Assembly: GCA_041499965.1 (NCBI GenBank)
Contig: JBGQLG010000004.1
Coordinates: 15,103-79,102 of the forward strand
Source: Candidatus Methylomirabilia bacterium
GTDB taxonomy: Bacteria > Methylomirabilota > Methylomirabilia > Rokubacteriales > CSP1-6
DNA length: 64,000 nucleotides
Reading direction: 5' to 3'
Below the pieces are notes generated by a model that searched no databases, had not been told where the DNA came from, and was given only the letters and a program-made list of their open reading frames with translations. Position 1 is the first letter of the stretch, and each line of letters begins with the position of its first letter. The position numbers and the translations under genes are program-made. Positions 1-9,734 of this stretch are shown in pieces.

Positions 1-635
1 AGGATCATCGTCTCGAACTCGTGGGCCAGCTCGATCAGCTCGTGGCGCCGCCGCAGCGACTGGCTGGGCCCGGCCGGGTTCTGGAAGTTGACGATCGTGT
101 AGATCAGCTTGCAGGGTCGACCCTCGGTGCGCAGGGCGACGAGGCGCTCGCGCACCGCCGAGGTCACGATGCCCTCCTCGTCCACCGGCACCGTCAGGAT
201 CTCGGGGCCGTGGCGTCGGATGGTGTTGAGCGAGCCGGAGAACGTGGGCGCTTCGACGATCACGACGTCGCCGGGATCGATGAAGGCGCTGAAGGCCAGC
301 GCCAGGGCCTGGCCGGAGCCGTTGGCGACGATGATGTTCTCCGGGGCGGTCTTGAAGCCCTCGAACCGCTCGTACTTGTGGCAGATCAGCTCGCGCAGCG
401 CCCGGTACCCCTGCGGCTCGCCGTAGGTCATGGCGGCCGCGCCCTCGGCCTGTATCATATCGGCGGTGGCCTCGACCATGCCCTCGTAGGGAAACGAGAC
501 GGGGTCGGGATAGCCGCCGCCGAACTCGTAGAGCGCGCTCATCGACGGCCGCGGGGTGGCGACCGACACGCCCCAGCCGATGCGGGCACGACGGGACAGC
601 AGGGACTCGAAGGGGTCGGTGGCGGGTGTCATCAT
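1..635 (-). CDS. PLP-dependent aminotransferase, class I/II fold (N-terminal part only; 3' end runs off the window start)
   Basis: Reverse-strand translation from ATG (complement of 633-635) reads MMTPATDP...ELICHKYERFEGFK...IVNFQNPAGP, aminotransferase-like. Not in the ORF track because there is no stop inside the window. Plus-strand ORFs 21..644 and 109..426 are antisense artefacts. Confidence 0.6.
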   Translation of the reverse strand, partial: MMTPATDPFESLLSRRARIGWGVSVATPRPSMSALYEFGGGYPDPVSFPYEGMVEATADMIQAEGAAAMTYGEPQGYRALRELICHKYERFEGFKTAPENIIVANGSGQALALAFSAFIDPGDVVIVEAPTFSGSLNTIRRHGPEILTVPVDEEGIVTSAVRERLVALRTEGRPCKLIYTIVNFQNPAGPSQSLRRRHELIELAHEFETMI

Positions 636-668
636 GCCGAATAGGATACCCGATCAGGGGCCCGAGGC

Positions 669-2057
669 TCACCCCCCGGGGTGGCGCCGATGCCAGTCGG
701 TGACGGCCTGCCAGGCGCGGGCGGCCGCGAGGATCGTGTTCTCCTCCCACGCCCGTCCCATGAACTGCAAGCTGGTCGGCAGCCCTGCCTCCGTGAATCC
801 GTTGGGCACCGCGACCGCCGGCAGCCCCGCGGCGTTGCCGATGGCGCCCATGACGTCGGGGATATTGCCGCGCGCGGCGCTGCGGAACTCCTGGTCGAGT
901 GGCGAGGCGACCGCCGGGCGCCCGGGGGCGACGAGCGCGTCGAGGCTCGACAGCACACGGTCGGCCTCGCGGACGACGAAGGTCCGCAGGCGCAGGGCCC
1001 GGATGTAGTCCTTGGCGAGGATGGCATCGCGCGCGTAGGCGGTGAATCGGTCCTCGGGGGCGGTGAGTCCCGCGATCCCGCCGCTCTCGATCATGTCCTC
1101 GAAGGCGCTGGCGGCCTCCGCCATGAGGATCGTCCGCGTGATCGCGTCGTACGGCAAGTCAGCGAGCGTCACCTCCTCGACCGTCCCGAGCGTGCGCAGG
1201 ACGTCGAGCGAGCGGACGAAGGCCTCGCGGACCGGCGCCTCGGCGGTCGCCGCCACGTCGCGGATCACGCCGAAGCGGAAGCGCCGGCCGTTGACCCCAC
1301 CGCCGTCGTACCGGTACGGTCGCGACGCGGCCGTGGGATCCAGCGGATCGGGGCCCGCGATCGCGTCGAGGACGAGGCCGCAATCGTCGGCCGTGAGGGC
1401 CAGCGGGCCCAGCTTGTCGAGCGTCCAGCAGAGCGCCATGGCGCCGTGGCGGCTCACCCGGCCATAGGTCGGGCGCAGGCCGGTGACGCCGCAGTTGGCG
1501 GCCGGCGAGAGGATCGAGCCCCAGGTCTCCGAGCCGATGGCGAAGGGCACGAGCCCGGCCGACACCGCCGAGCCCGAGCCGCTCGAGGAGCCGCCGCTCC
1601 AGGTGTCACCCCAGGGGGAGATGCCCGGCCCGGTGAACGAGGCATTGGGTTGCCGGTAACCCATCCCGCCGGCCAGCTCGACCATCGCCAGCTTGGCCAC
1701 CAGCACGGCCCCGGCCTCTTCCAGCCGCCGCACGACCGTGGCGTCGTGGGCGAACGTCTGCGCCCGAAACGGTGCCGCACCCCACGTCGTCGGGATCCCG
1801 CCGGACGTGGCCAGCAGATCCTTGGCGCCGTACGGGATGCCGTGCAGCGGTCCCCGCCAGCCGCCGGCCGCGATCTCGCTCTCGGCACGGCGTGCCTGCG
1901 CGAGCGCTCGCTCGCGGGTCATGGTGACCACCGCGTTGTAGCGCGGCCCGAGCCGCTCCAGCCGATCGAGGAACGCCTCGGCGAGAGCCATTGGCGAGAC
2001 CTGCCGCGTGCGCACGGCCTCGGCCAGCTCGCGGACGGGAAGGAAGACCGGGTTCAC
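669..2057 (-). CDS. amidase (amidase-signature family)
   Basis: 462 aa. GGSSSGSGSAVSAG amidase signature and GIPYGAKD. The GTG start overlaps the stop of the upstream small ORF (GTGA). Confidence 0.85.
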   Translation of the reverse strand: MNPVFLPVRELAEAVRTRQVSPMALAEAFLDRLERLGPRYNAVVTMTRERALAQARRAESEIAAGGWRGPLHGIPYGAKDLLATSGGIPTTWGAAPFRAQTFAHDATVVRRLEEAGAVLVAKLAMVELAGGMGYRQPNASFTGPGISPWGDTWSGGSSSGSGSAVSAGLVPFAIGSETWGSILSPAANCGVTGLRPTYGRVSRHGAMALCWTLDKLGPLALTADDCGLVLDAIAGPDPLDPTAASRPYRYDGGGVNGRRFRFGVIRDVAATAEAPVREAFVRSLDVLRTLGTVEEVTLADLPYDAITRTILMAEAASAFEDMIESGGIAGLTAPEDRFTAYARDAILAKDYIRALRLRTFVVREADRVLSSLDALVAPGRPAVASPLDQEFRSAARGNIPDVMGAIGNAAGLPAVAVPNGFTEAGLPTSLQFMGRAWEENTILAAARAWQAVTDWHRRHPGG

Positions 2058-2266
2058 TGGTCGGCGCGGAAGGGCGCGAACCGCGGCAGCGGCTCGTCCG
2101 CATTGGTCAGGGGGACGGTGCTCAGGGCCGCGGTCTGCTCGACGATCGCCGCGACGGCCCGGCGGAGGATCTCGAGTTGCTCGGCGCTGAGCCGGGCGCC
2201 GTAGCGCTGACGGACCAGCGAAAACCGGAGATCGGCCTCGCCCGGATCCTGCGCCGGCTCGCTCAT
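2054..2266 (-). CDS. small hypothetical protein (70 aa), translationally coupled to amidase
   Basis: Stop overlaps the amidase GTG start. No recognisable domain. May be spurious. Confidence 0.35.
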   Translation of the reverse strand: MSEPAQDPGEADLRFSLVRQRYGARLSAEQLEILRRAVAAIVEQTAALSTVPLTNADEPLPRFAPFRADQ

Positions 2267-2353
2267 CGCGGGCGCATCCTACACCATCCTCCCTTCGCCC
2301 TGCCGGCCGGCGACTTCCGTGGTACGCTCGGTGCGCAGACTTACCAGCCTGAC

Positions 2354-3667
2354 GTGACCCAAGCCAAGAAGATCACCAAACGACGGCGAAGCCGGGGAAA
2401 GCCCAAGCCGAGCCGTGCGCGGCAGACGGCGCTCCCGGTCGAGGCCCCGCCCGAATCCCCGGTAGCTCTGGCCCCGGAGGCTGTAGCCGAGACGCCGGAC
2501 TTCGAGCTCCCGCTCGCCCAGCCCGAAGTTGCGTTCGCCATGCGGGCGGCGGCCCGGCCTCCTGAGCCGGAGCGGCCGTTCCCGACCACCCGCCGGGCCA
2601 TCTTCTTCGACGTCGAGAACACGAGTCGCGCCCAGCACATCGCCCGCGTGATCGACTACCTCGCGGTCGATCGCCTGGGCCGTCGCACTGACTTCGTTGC
2701 CGTGGGCAACTGGCGCGTGATCGGTCACGACACCGCCCGCCTGCTGGCCGGGCACGGCGCCCAGCTGCTGCACAGCGCGCCGTCCGTGGGCGTGAAGGAC
2801 TGGAGCGATCTGCGCATCGCGGTGGCCGCGGGCGTGTGGCTCGGCACCGCCCGGCCCGGTGACGTCCTCGAGATCATCTCCGACGATCGAGCCTTCGACG
2901 CGGTCGGCGACGTGGCCGTCGGCCTTGGCATCGCGTTCCGCCGCATGTCGTATCGCACCCTCACCGGGGTGCCGCGCGAGCAGGAGCCCGTCGCCACCGT
3001 CGTGGCCGCCGAACCGCCCGCCGAACCGCGCGCCGAGTCGCACGCTGGCAGCCGGCGCCGGCGCGGACGGCGGGGAGGCTACGGCCGCCGGGAAGCGCCG
3101 ATCGCGCAGGCGGCACCCCCGCCGGTGGCCCGACCCGTCGCCGAAGCGGAGCCGCACACGGCGCCCCACGACGAGTTGCTGGGCGTCGCGCGCGATCTGA
3201 TCAGCGTCGCGCCGAGCGGTACGGTCACCCTCGACACGCTCGCCAACGCGCTCAAGAGCCGCGGGTTCAGCCGGACGCCGGGCTCGCCGCGGCTCATCAC
3301 CCGCCTGCGCCGGATCCGCGAGCTGTCGGTCAGCCGCTCCGGCCACATCACGCTCGTGGATTCCCAGGCGCCGGTGGAGCCGCGAGTCGATGTCGAGCCG
3401 GACGCCGAGCCGGTGGTCACCGCGTTGCCCGCGCCCGAGCCGGTTCGAGACGACGAGGATGACAATCGGGGCAACCGGCGCTCGCTCGACGAACGCCGGC
3501 GCGAGGTCGAAGCGGCCCAGGCGCTCGGACACGACGCTCCGCTGCCGCCGCCGCCGGCCGTGGTCGAGGGCAACCGGACCGAAGGGCCGCAGGACGACGC
3601 CTTTCGTCGTCGCCGTTCGCGTCGGGGCGGCCGCCGCCGGCGTCACAGCGCTCCCGCCGCCGGCTAG
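2354..3667 (+). CDS. NYN (PIN-like RNase) domain protein with C-terminal OST-HTH/LOTUS-like domain and Arg-rich tails
   Basis: AIFFDVENT...GNW...ISDDRAFD NYN pattern. Later DELLGVARDLISVAPSGTVTLDTLANALKSRGF resembles LOTUS. Start uncertain (GTG 2354 or ATG 2539). The ORF-track start at 1991 would overlap the amidase operon and is unlikely. Confidence 0.6.
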   Translation: MTQAKKITKRRRSRGKPKPSRARQTALPVEAPPESPVALAPEAVAETPDFELPLAQPEVAFAMRAAARPPEPERPFPTTRRAIFFDVENTSRAQHIARVIDYLAVDRLGRRTDFVAVGNWRVIGHDTARLLAGHGAQLLHSAPSVGVKDWSDLRIAVAAGVWLGTARPGDVLEIISDDRAFDAVGDVAVGLGIAFRRMSYRTLTGVPREQEPVATVVAAEPPAEPRAESHAGSRRRRGRRGGYGRREAPIAQAAPPPVARPVAEAEPHTAPHDELLGVARDLISVAPSGTVTLDTLANALKSRGFSRTPGSPRLITRLRRIRELSVSRSGHITLVDSQAPVEPRVDVEPDAEPVVTALPAPEPVRDDEDDNRGNRRSLDERRREVEAAQALGHDAPLPPPPAVVEGNRTEGPQDDAFRRRRSRRGGRRRRHSAPAAG

Positions 3668-3722
3668 TCTCCGGTCGATCGCTCCACAGTCGCGGGCTGG
3701 CCCGGCCCGACTGCCTGACCCC

Positions 3723-4748
3723 TCAGGCGAATCGCCAGCCGTCCAGTGCGCCCCAATCGTCCGGCAAGATTCGAAGCGGCAGGTCCTGAAATCCAACCAG
3801 CCCGTGCGCGAGCAGTGGCGCCAGCGCCGTCTTTCGACGCGATCCGCGCGGCCGCGCGAGGCTCGGCATCAGCGCCAGCTGGTCAGCCAGGGGCCGGGCG
3901 CCGGCGGGCAGGCGTCGCACGCCGTCGGGGGTCACCACGTCGAACGCGTTCCCTCGCCGGGGCCCGGCAATGACCGGCACCTGGGTCCAGAGACGCGAGC
4001 GGGAAACGGGCGGGACCGCATCGACGCGGCCGGAGACCACGTCCCAGTCCGCGCACGCGGCCCGGCGCGCGGCCGGGGCGGCGCGCCGGCCGCGGGCATC
4101 GAGCGCGCGCCACGTGAGCGACAGCGCGAGCGAGCGGCCGTGGCAGACGACGTCGTGCGGTGTCCACGGGGGCAGGTGAAACAGCGCCCCGGCCGGCAGG
4201 TCGAGCGTGCGCCAGCCGCGGTGTTCGCGGGGCTGGCGCGAATCGAGGTCCTCCGGCGTGCCGGGACGGACCGGAGGACCGAGGGTGACCGTGCGTCGTC
4301 CCTCGAGCTGAAGCCAGAACGCGTCCACCGGGCCATCATGATGCAGCCCCATGCCCGGTCGGCCCCGTCCCTCGACCGCGAACAGGAACGAAGTCTCCTC
4401 GCGGAGCGGTCCCGTCAGGGCGATCCGGAGCGCAACCATGAGCCGCATGAGGCGCGGCAAGACCTGGTGCACCTGCGGCAGGAACACCGTCGCGCCGGCT
4501 GACAGCGCCGGGCGCAACCGTCGCGGATCGCTGGAGCGATCGTAGCGGCGCTCGGCGGCGATCTGGAACGGGGCGCCGGCCTCGGCCATCGCGACGACCG
4601 TCGCGAAATCGGGGGCGATGGCGCGCCACGCGCGGTCGCGCGGGCGGAGGACGGTCGGCGCCCGCCCGAGGCGGCTCGTCCGGAAGCGCGCCAGGGCCGC
4701 GGGCCCGGCAAACCACGTCGCCAGCGGGGAGACGACGCCGCGGCTCAC
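3723..4748 (-). CDS. cupin-4/JmjC-like protein (ribosomal-protein hydroxylase RoxA/YcfD-like)
   Basis: GMGLHHDGPVDAFWLQLEGRRTVTLG resembles the YcfD HxD...GxRRW core. A second His lies in HLPPWTPHDV. Confidence 0.5.
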   Translation of the reverse strand: MSRGVVSPLATWFAGPAALARFRTSRLGRAPTVLRPRDRAWRAIAPDFATVVAMAEAGAPFQIAAERRYDRSSDPRRLRPALSAGATVFLPQVHQVLPRLMRLMVALRIALTGPLREETSFLFAVEGRGRPGMGLHHDGPVDAFWLQLEGRRTVTLGPPVRPGTPEDLDSRQPREHRGWRTLDLPAGALFHLPPWTPHDVVCHGRSLALSLTWRALDARGRRAAPAARRAACADWDVVSGRVDAVPPVSRSRLWTQVPVIAGPRRGNAFDVVTPDGVRRLPAGARPLADQLALMPSLARPRGSRRKTALAPLLAHGLVGFQDLPLRILPDDWGALDGWRFA

Positions 4749-4755
4749 GGCCGTC

Positions 4756-5967
4756 CTATGTCCGCACCTGGTTGCGGCCGGCCTGCTTGGCGCGGTAGAG
4801 CGCGGCGTCGGCGGCCTGGACGACGTCGTCCGGGTTGCCGGCCCCGCCTCCGGCGGCCGCCACGCCGATGCTCACGGTGACCGCGAGGCGCTCGCGGGGG
4901 CCGCCGGCCGGCGGAGGCTCCGGACGGACGCGGGGCCGAGCCATCGAGCGCAGCGTGAACGGCGCGCCCTCGATCGTCCGGCGCAGCGACTCGAGGTGCT
5001 CGCGTGCCTGGTCGACGGTCTTGCCGGGGAAGAGCACCGCGAACTCCTCGCCCCCGTAGCGAAACGCCCGGCCGCCCCCACCGACGGCGGCCAGGCGCGC
5101 GCCCACCATGCGGAGGATCTGGTCGCCCACGTCGTGGCCGTGCACGTCGTTGAAGCGCTTGAAGTGGTCGACGTCCACCATGGCGACCGTGTACGTGCCG
5201 CTCAGCCGGGCCAGCGCTTCGTTGAGCGCGCGCCGCGCCGGCAGGCCCGTCAGCTCGTCGTCGTAGGCCATGCCGTGCCACGTCTCGATCAGCGACAGCA
5301 CGAGGATGAGACCGCCGGTGGCCAGGTAGACGGTCGAGTCGAGGCCCCCGCCACCGGCGCTGAGCGCCAGGAAGGTGGCGACCACCGTCCACACCGCGCC
5401 ACCCTCCAGCGCCGTCCCCTGCCGGACCGCTCGCCAGGCGACCATGAGAAACGCCAGCGCGAAGACGATGAGAGCCGGCTGGGGTAGCGCTCCGAGCCCG
5501 GGGGCCCGTGAGACATCCAGCCAGCCGGTGAGCGGCAGGAACAGCGGCTGGCAGAGCAGGATCAGCAGCACGATCTCTGCGCCGAGGCCCACCAGCGCCA
5601 CGCGGCCCGGCCGGGCCAGCAGCCCGCGCTCGGGCAGCCACGCCAGCGCGGCCAGGTCGAGCGGAACCAGGACGGTCAGCACGCCGAAGATCGCGCGGCC
5701 GACCTCGCCGCCGGCGCCGCTGGCCGGCGCCCACGCGAGCAGCGCGCGGTCGGTGAGGAGCAGCACGGCCAGCGAGAGCACGAGGCGGCTGCGGTTGAAG
5801 CGCCAGGCCAGCAGGATGCCCCCGCCCAGCACGGTCAGCGGGAACGAGGGCAGGAGCGGCGCCACCGCGTTCCGGAGACCGGCGGGGTGAAGGGCGATCG
5901 TGGCGGTCAGCAGCAGGATCGCACCGGGCAGCAGGCGGAGGAAGACCTTGTTCACCGCCGACAGCAT
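4756..5967 (-). CDS. membrane-anchored diguanylate cyclase (multi-TM N-terminus + GGDEF)
   Basis: About 6 hydrophobic segments, then DVDHFKRFND, RYGGEEF and LYRAKQAGRN. Confidence 0.85.
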   Translation of the reverse strand: MLSAVNKVFLRLLPGAILLLTATIALHPAGLRNAVAPLLPSFPLTVLGGGILLAWRFNRSRLVLSLAVLLLTDRALLAWAPASGAGGEVGRAIFGVLTVLVPLDLAALAWLPERGLLARPGRVALVGLGAEIVLLILLCQPLFLPLTGWLDVSRAPGLGALPQPALIVFALAFLMVAWRAVRQGTALEGGAVWTVVATFLALSAGGGGLDSTVYLATGGLILVLSLIETWHGMAYDDELTGLPARRALNEALARLSGTYTVAMVDVDHFKRFNDVHGHDVGDQILRMVGARLAAVGGGGRAFRYGGEEFAVLFPGKTVDQAREHLESLRRTIEGAPFTLRSMARPRVRPEPPPAGGPRERLAVTVSIGVAAAGGGAGNPDDVVQAADAALYRAKQAGRNQVRT

Positions 5968-6119
5968 GCCTCCGTCGCCGGGGTCGGCGCCAGAGGGGTG
6001 AGGCTAGCGCGAGATCTCGGCGGCTGCGTGCCGATAGAGCGCCGGGAGGGAGCGGGGAGGCCGGCGACCGGTGCGACAGGTCGTCACCGGCTCCCCTCGC
6101 TCCACCCGATCCGCTTCGG

Positions 6120-7856
6120 TCAGGCTTTCTCGACCATGTAGATGTGAGGGAACATGTCGAAATAGATATTGCCGTCGACGACGGTCTCGCCCAGCTTGTT
6201 CTTCTCCAGTCCACGCACCTGAGGCTTGGCCGCTGCCCATCGTGTCACCCAGGCCACCGGGATGTAGCCGCCGTCCGTCTGCATGATTTCTTCGGCCTTG
6301 GCGTAGTTGACGAGCCGCTTCTTGGCGTCGCGCGTATCGCGTCCCGCCTCGAGCTCCTTGTCGAAGGCGTCGTTGACCCAGGCCTGGCGCTTGCCCTCCG
6401 TCTTCTTGCCGTAGAACGTGTCGAAGTACTCGTTGTGCGGGTCCGGGTAGTCCATGAACCAGCGGATCCAGACCAGCTGGTAGTCGTTCTTCCAGAGGCC
6501 GGCACGGAAGACGCGCTGCTCCAGCACCTCGAGCTCCGTCTTCATGTTGAGGTGCTCGAGCAGCACGGACTGCACGGCCTCCGCGAGCGGCTTCGAGCCG
6601 TAACCTTCTTCGCGCATGGTCAGGGTGATCTTGGGCCAGTTGCGCCCGCCCTCGAACGGCGTGCCCTTGAGCTCGGCCAGGGCCGCCTTGGGATCGAAGC
6701 GCTGGATGTCGCGGATCTTCTTGTCGTCCACCGCCCCGGGGAAGCCCGGCGGGATCATCGAATGAGCGGGAACGGCGAAGCCGTCGGCGACGCGCACCAC
6801 GTTCTCCCGATCGATCGCGTGCGCGATCGCCCGGCGCACCTTGACGTTGTCGAAGGGGGGCTTGGTCACCTGCGGGGTGAGGTACCACGTCCCCGGGAAC
6901 GGATACCGGAACACCTGCTTCGCGGTCCGGGGGTCGTCGCGTAGCCGCTTGAGGTCACCGGTCTGCAGGGAGGTGATGTCGAGCTCGTTACCCTCGTACG
7001 GCAGGGCACCCGACTGCACCGAGACGATCGGGATGGTCACCTTGTCCAGCGTCATGTCCTTGGCGTTCAAGAAGTGCTTGTTCTTGCGGAGCACCATGGA
7101 CTTGTTGTGCTCCCACGCCTCGAGGGTGAAGGGCCCGTTGCAGACCAGGTTGGCGGCCTCCGTCCACTTGTCGCCGTGCTTCTCGACCGAGGGCCGGTGG
7201 GCGGGGAGCGCGGCGAGGTACGCGGAGAGCACCGGGAAATAGCCGCGCGGCCCCTCCAGCGTGACCTCCAGCGTCCAGTCGTTCTTGGCGACGACGCCGA
7301 CCTGGGAGGCGTCGGGGACCTTGCTCTTGTTGAAGGCCTCCGCGCCCTTGATGTCGTAGAAATAGCTCGAGTACGGGTTCTTGCTGGCCGGGTCCATCTG
7401 GCGCTTCCACGACCACTCGAAGTCCTTGGCCGTGCACGGCGAGCCGTCAGACCATTTGGAATCCTTGCGGATGGTGAACGTCCACACCGACCCCTCGGCG
7501 TTGGACGCGACCTTCTCCGCCACGTAGGGGACCGGCTGGAAATCGGCGTTGAACTTCATGAGGCCCGCCCAGAGTGCGGGGACGCCGGAGCAGTACAGAT
7601 CCTTGTTGTAGTCGTGGCTCGAGGGATCGTTCTGCCACCAGCCGCCGCCACCGATCCGCAGGTGCTGCTCCTTGGCGAGCTTCTCGCCGGCGGCGAGCTT
7701 GGGTGCGGCCGAAGCGGGCCGGGCGTTGAAGCCGGCCGCGCCGAGGGCGGCGAGGCCCGCGGCGACTTTCAGGAAATCGCGGCGACCGACACCGGCCGCG
7801 CTCAGGCGCTCGGCCAGCAGATCCAGCTGCGCATCGGAGATCCGGGGACGCGTCAT
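6120..7856 (-). CDS. ABC transporter substrate-binding protein, family 5 (peptide/nickel type, DppA/OppA-like), Tat signal
   Basis: RRDFLKVAAGLAALGAAG twin-arginine signal. 578 aa, SBP_bac_5-like. Confidence 0.8.
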   Translation of the reverse strand: MTRPRISDAQLDLLAERLSAAGVGRRDFLKVAAGLAALGAAGFNARPASAAPKLAAGEKLAKEQHLRIGGGGWWQNDPSSHDYNKDLYCSGVPALWAGLMKFNADFQPVPYVAEKVASNAEGSVWTFTIRKDSKWSDGSPCTAKDFEWSWKRQMDPASKNPYSSYFYDIKGAEAFNKSKVPDASQVGVVAKNDWTLEVTLEGPRGYFPVLSAYLAALPAHRPSVEKHGDKWTEAANLVCNGPFTLEAWEHNKSMVLRKNKHFLNAKDMTLDKVTIPIVSVQSGALPYEGNELDITSLQTGDLKRLRDDPRTAKQVFRYPFPGTWYLTPQVTKPPFDNVKVRRAIAHAIDRENVVRVADGFAVPAHSMIPPGFPGAVDDKKIRDIQRFDPKAALAELKGTPFEGGRNWPKITLTMREEGYGSKPLAEAVQSVLLEHLNMKTELEVLEQRVFRAGLWKNDYQLVWIRWFMDYPDPHNEYFDTFYGKKTEGKRQAWVNDAFDKELEAGRDTRDAKKRLVNYAKAEEIMQTDGGYIPVAWVTRWAAAKPQVRGLEKNKLGETVVDGNIYFDMFPHIYMVEKA

Positions 7857-7879
7857 GGAATCCTCCTGGGGTGGAATGG

Positions 7880-8839
7880 CTACTTCAATTTCGGATCGAG
7901 GGCGTCGCGCACCCCGTCACCGAAGAACGTGAAGGCGAGCATGGTGACGGCGATCGCGATCGACGGGAACACGCAGAGATGCCAGTACGACCGGATGAAC
8001 TGCTGCCCCTCGCCGACCATCTGGCCCCACGAGGGCGTGGGCGGGTTGATGCCGACCCCGATGAACGAGAGCGCCGCCTCGGTGAAGATCGCCTCGGGGA
8101 TGCCGAAGGTGACCGCGACGACGATGGGGGTGAGCGCGTTGGGCAGGATGTGACGGCCCAGCAGCCGCACGAAGCCGGCGCCGAGGCCGCGGGCGGCGTC
8201 GACGTACTCCTTCTCCCGGATGACCAGCACCTGGGCACGCGTCTGCCGGGCGATGCCCACCCAGCCGGTGAGACCGATGGCGATGAAGATGTTCGTGAGT
8301 CCGGCGCCGAGCATCGACATGACGAGGATGACGAAGAGCAGCCGCGGGAAGGCGTACATCACGTCGATGAAGCGTGTGATGGCCACGTCGGCGCGTCCAC
8401 CCAGGTAGCCTGACAGGGCGCCGATCGGCACGCCGATGACCACGACGAAGACCTGGGCGCCCAGCCCGACGATCATCGAGATCCGCGCCCCATAGATCAT
8501 GCGCGAGAGCAGGTCGCGGCCGAGCTGGTCGGTGCCGAGCGGATAGTCGCGCGACGGGGACTCGTTCAACCGCATGAAGTTAGTCTTCGTGTACGGTCGG
8601 GGCGCCAGTACCTCGGCGAAGATCGCGATCAGGCACAGCAGCACGATCACGATCCCGCCCGCCATGGCCAGCCGGTTGCGGAGCAGACGCCGCACCCCGT
8701 CGCGCCACAGGCTGGAGGAGCGGGTGTTGCCGACCGGCTCGGCGCCGACCAGGCTCGGCGCCCGGGCGCCGTCGGGGTCGGCCAGCGGGCGCGGCCCGGC
8801 GCTGACGCTAGTACCGGATCCGGGGGTCGAGAACGCCAT
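7880..8839 (-). CDS. ABC transporter permease (DppC/OppC-like)
   Basis: 319 aa multi-TM permease with the N-terminal extension typical of DppC. Confidence 0.8.
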   Translation of the reverse strand: MAFSTPGSGTSVSAGPRPLADPDGARAPSLVGAEPVGNTRSSSLWRDGVRRLLRNRLAMAGGIVIVLLCLIAIFAEVLAPRPYTKTNFMRLNESPSRDYPLGTDQLGRDLLSRMIYGARISMIVGLGAQVFVVVIGVPIGALSGYLGGRADVAITRFIDVMYAFPRLLFVILVMSMLGAGLTNIFIAIGLTGWVGIARQTRAQVLVIREKEYVDAARGLGAGFVRLLGRHILPNALTPIVVAVTFGIPEAIFTEAALSFIGVGINPPTPSWGQMVGEGQQFIRSYWHLCVFPSIAIAVTMLAFTFFGDGVRDALDPKLK

Positions 8840-9734
8840 AGGCCAGGTCGACGACCAGGTTCATGACGGCCAGGAAGACGCCGTAGCTCAGCACGACGGC
8901 CATGATCATCGGGTAGTCACGGCCGGTCATGGAGAGGACGAAGAAGCGGCCCATGCCCGGCACTCGAAAGATAGACTCGACGAAGAACGATCCGGTTCCC
9001 ACCGCGGCGAAGAGCGGGCCCAGCAGCGTGACGACCGGGATCAGGGCGTTCTTGAGCGCGTGCTTGAAGATCACCGGCATCTCGCTCAGTCCCTTGGCCC
9101 GCGCGGTCAGCGTGTAGTCGGCGCGGATGACCTCCAGCATGCTGGCCCGCGTGAAGCGCGCGATGATGCCCATCGGGGCCAGGGCCAGCGTCACCGTCGG
9201 CAGTACCCACGTGTTCGGCGAGTCCCAGCCACCGGTGGGAAAGAGCGGCACCACGAACGAGAACAGGATGATCAGGAACACGGCCAGGACGAAGTTGGGG
9301 ACCGCCACGCCCACCGTGGCGAGCGAGACCGAGACGTAGTCCCACCCTCGGTTCTGGTAGACGGCGGCCAGGATGCCGAGCGTGAGGCCGCCGGTGACCG
9401 CGAGCACGAGCGCCATCGAGCCGAGGAAGAGCGAGATGGGGAACGTCTCTCTCAGGATCTCGGCCACCGTACGGGTCTTGTAGACGAACGAGAAGCCGAA
9501 ATCGCCGCGGACAGCGTTGGTGATGAAAACGCCGAACTGCTGCCAGAGCGGCTTGTCGAGGCCGTAGTGCGCCGCCAGCACCTTCTGCGCCTCCGGGGAG
9601 AGCGGATTGGCCCCCTCGGCGATCGGATCCAGCGGGCTACCCGGCGTCGCGTGCATGACCAGGAACGTCACCAGGGCCATGGCGAGGATCGTCGGGATCA
9701 GCCAGAGCAGCCGGGAGACGACGTATTGGACCAA
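8808..9734 (-). CDS. ABC transporter permease (DppB/OppB-like)
   Basis: 308 aa BPD-type permease. 3' end overlaps the next permease by 32 nt. Confidence 0.8.
   Translation of the reverse strand: MVQYVVSRLLWLIPTILAMALVTFLVMHATPGSPLDPIAEGANPLSPEAQKVLAAHYGLDKPLWQQFGVFITNAVRGDFGFSFVYKTRTVAEILRETFPISLFLGSMALVLAVTGGLTLGILAAVYQNRGWDYVSVSLATVGVAVPNFVLAVFLIILFSFVVPLFPTGGWDSPNTWVLPTVTLALAPMGIIARFTRASMLEVIRADYTLTARAKGLSEMPVIFKHALKNALIPVVTLLGPLFAAVGTGSFFVESIFRVPGMGRFFVLSMTGRDYPMIMAVVLSYGVFLAVMNLVVDLAYGVLDPRIRY

Noticed and set aside
1991-2353. N-terminal extension of the NYN gene to ATG 1991
   Set aside because: It would overlap the amidase and small-ORF coding region on the other strand for more than 270 nt and is low-complexity. 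The NYN domain starts after 2540.
2279-3796. 505-aa minus-strand ORF opposite the NYN/LOTUS gene; likewise 681..2204 (+) opposite the amidase, 17014..18300, 19367..20488, 43040..44845, 44337..46982, 54261..56384, 60901..61998 and 61401..63008
   Set aside because: All overlap well-supported genes on the other strand and translate to low-complexity R/G/A/P-rich sequence. These are GC-composition artefacts.
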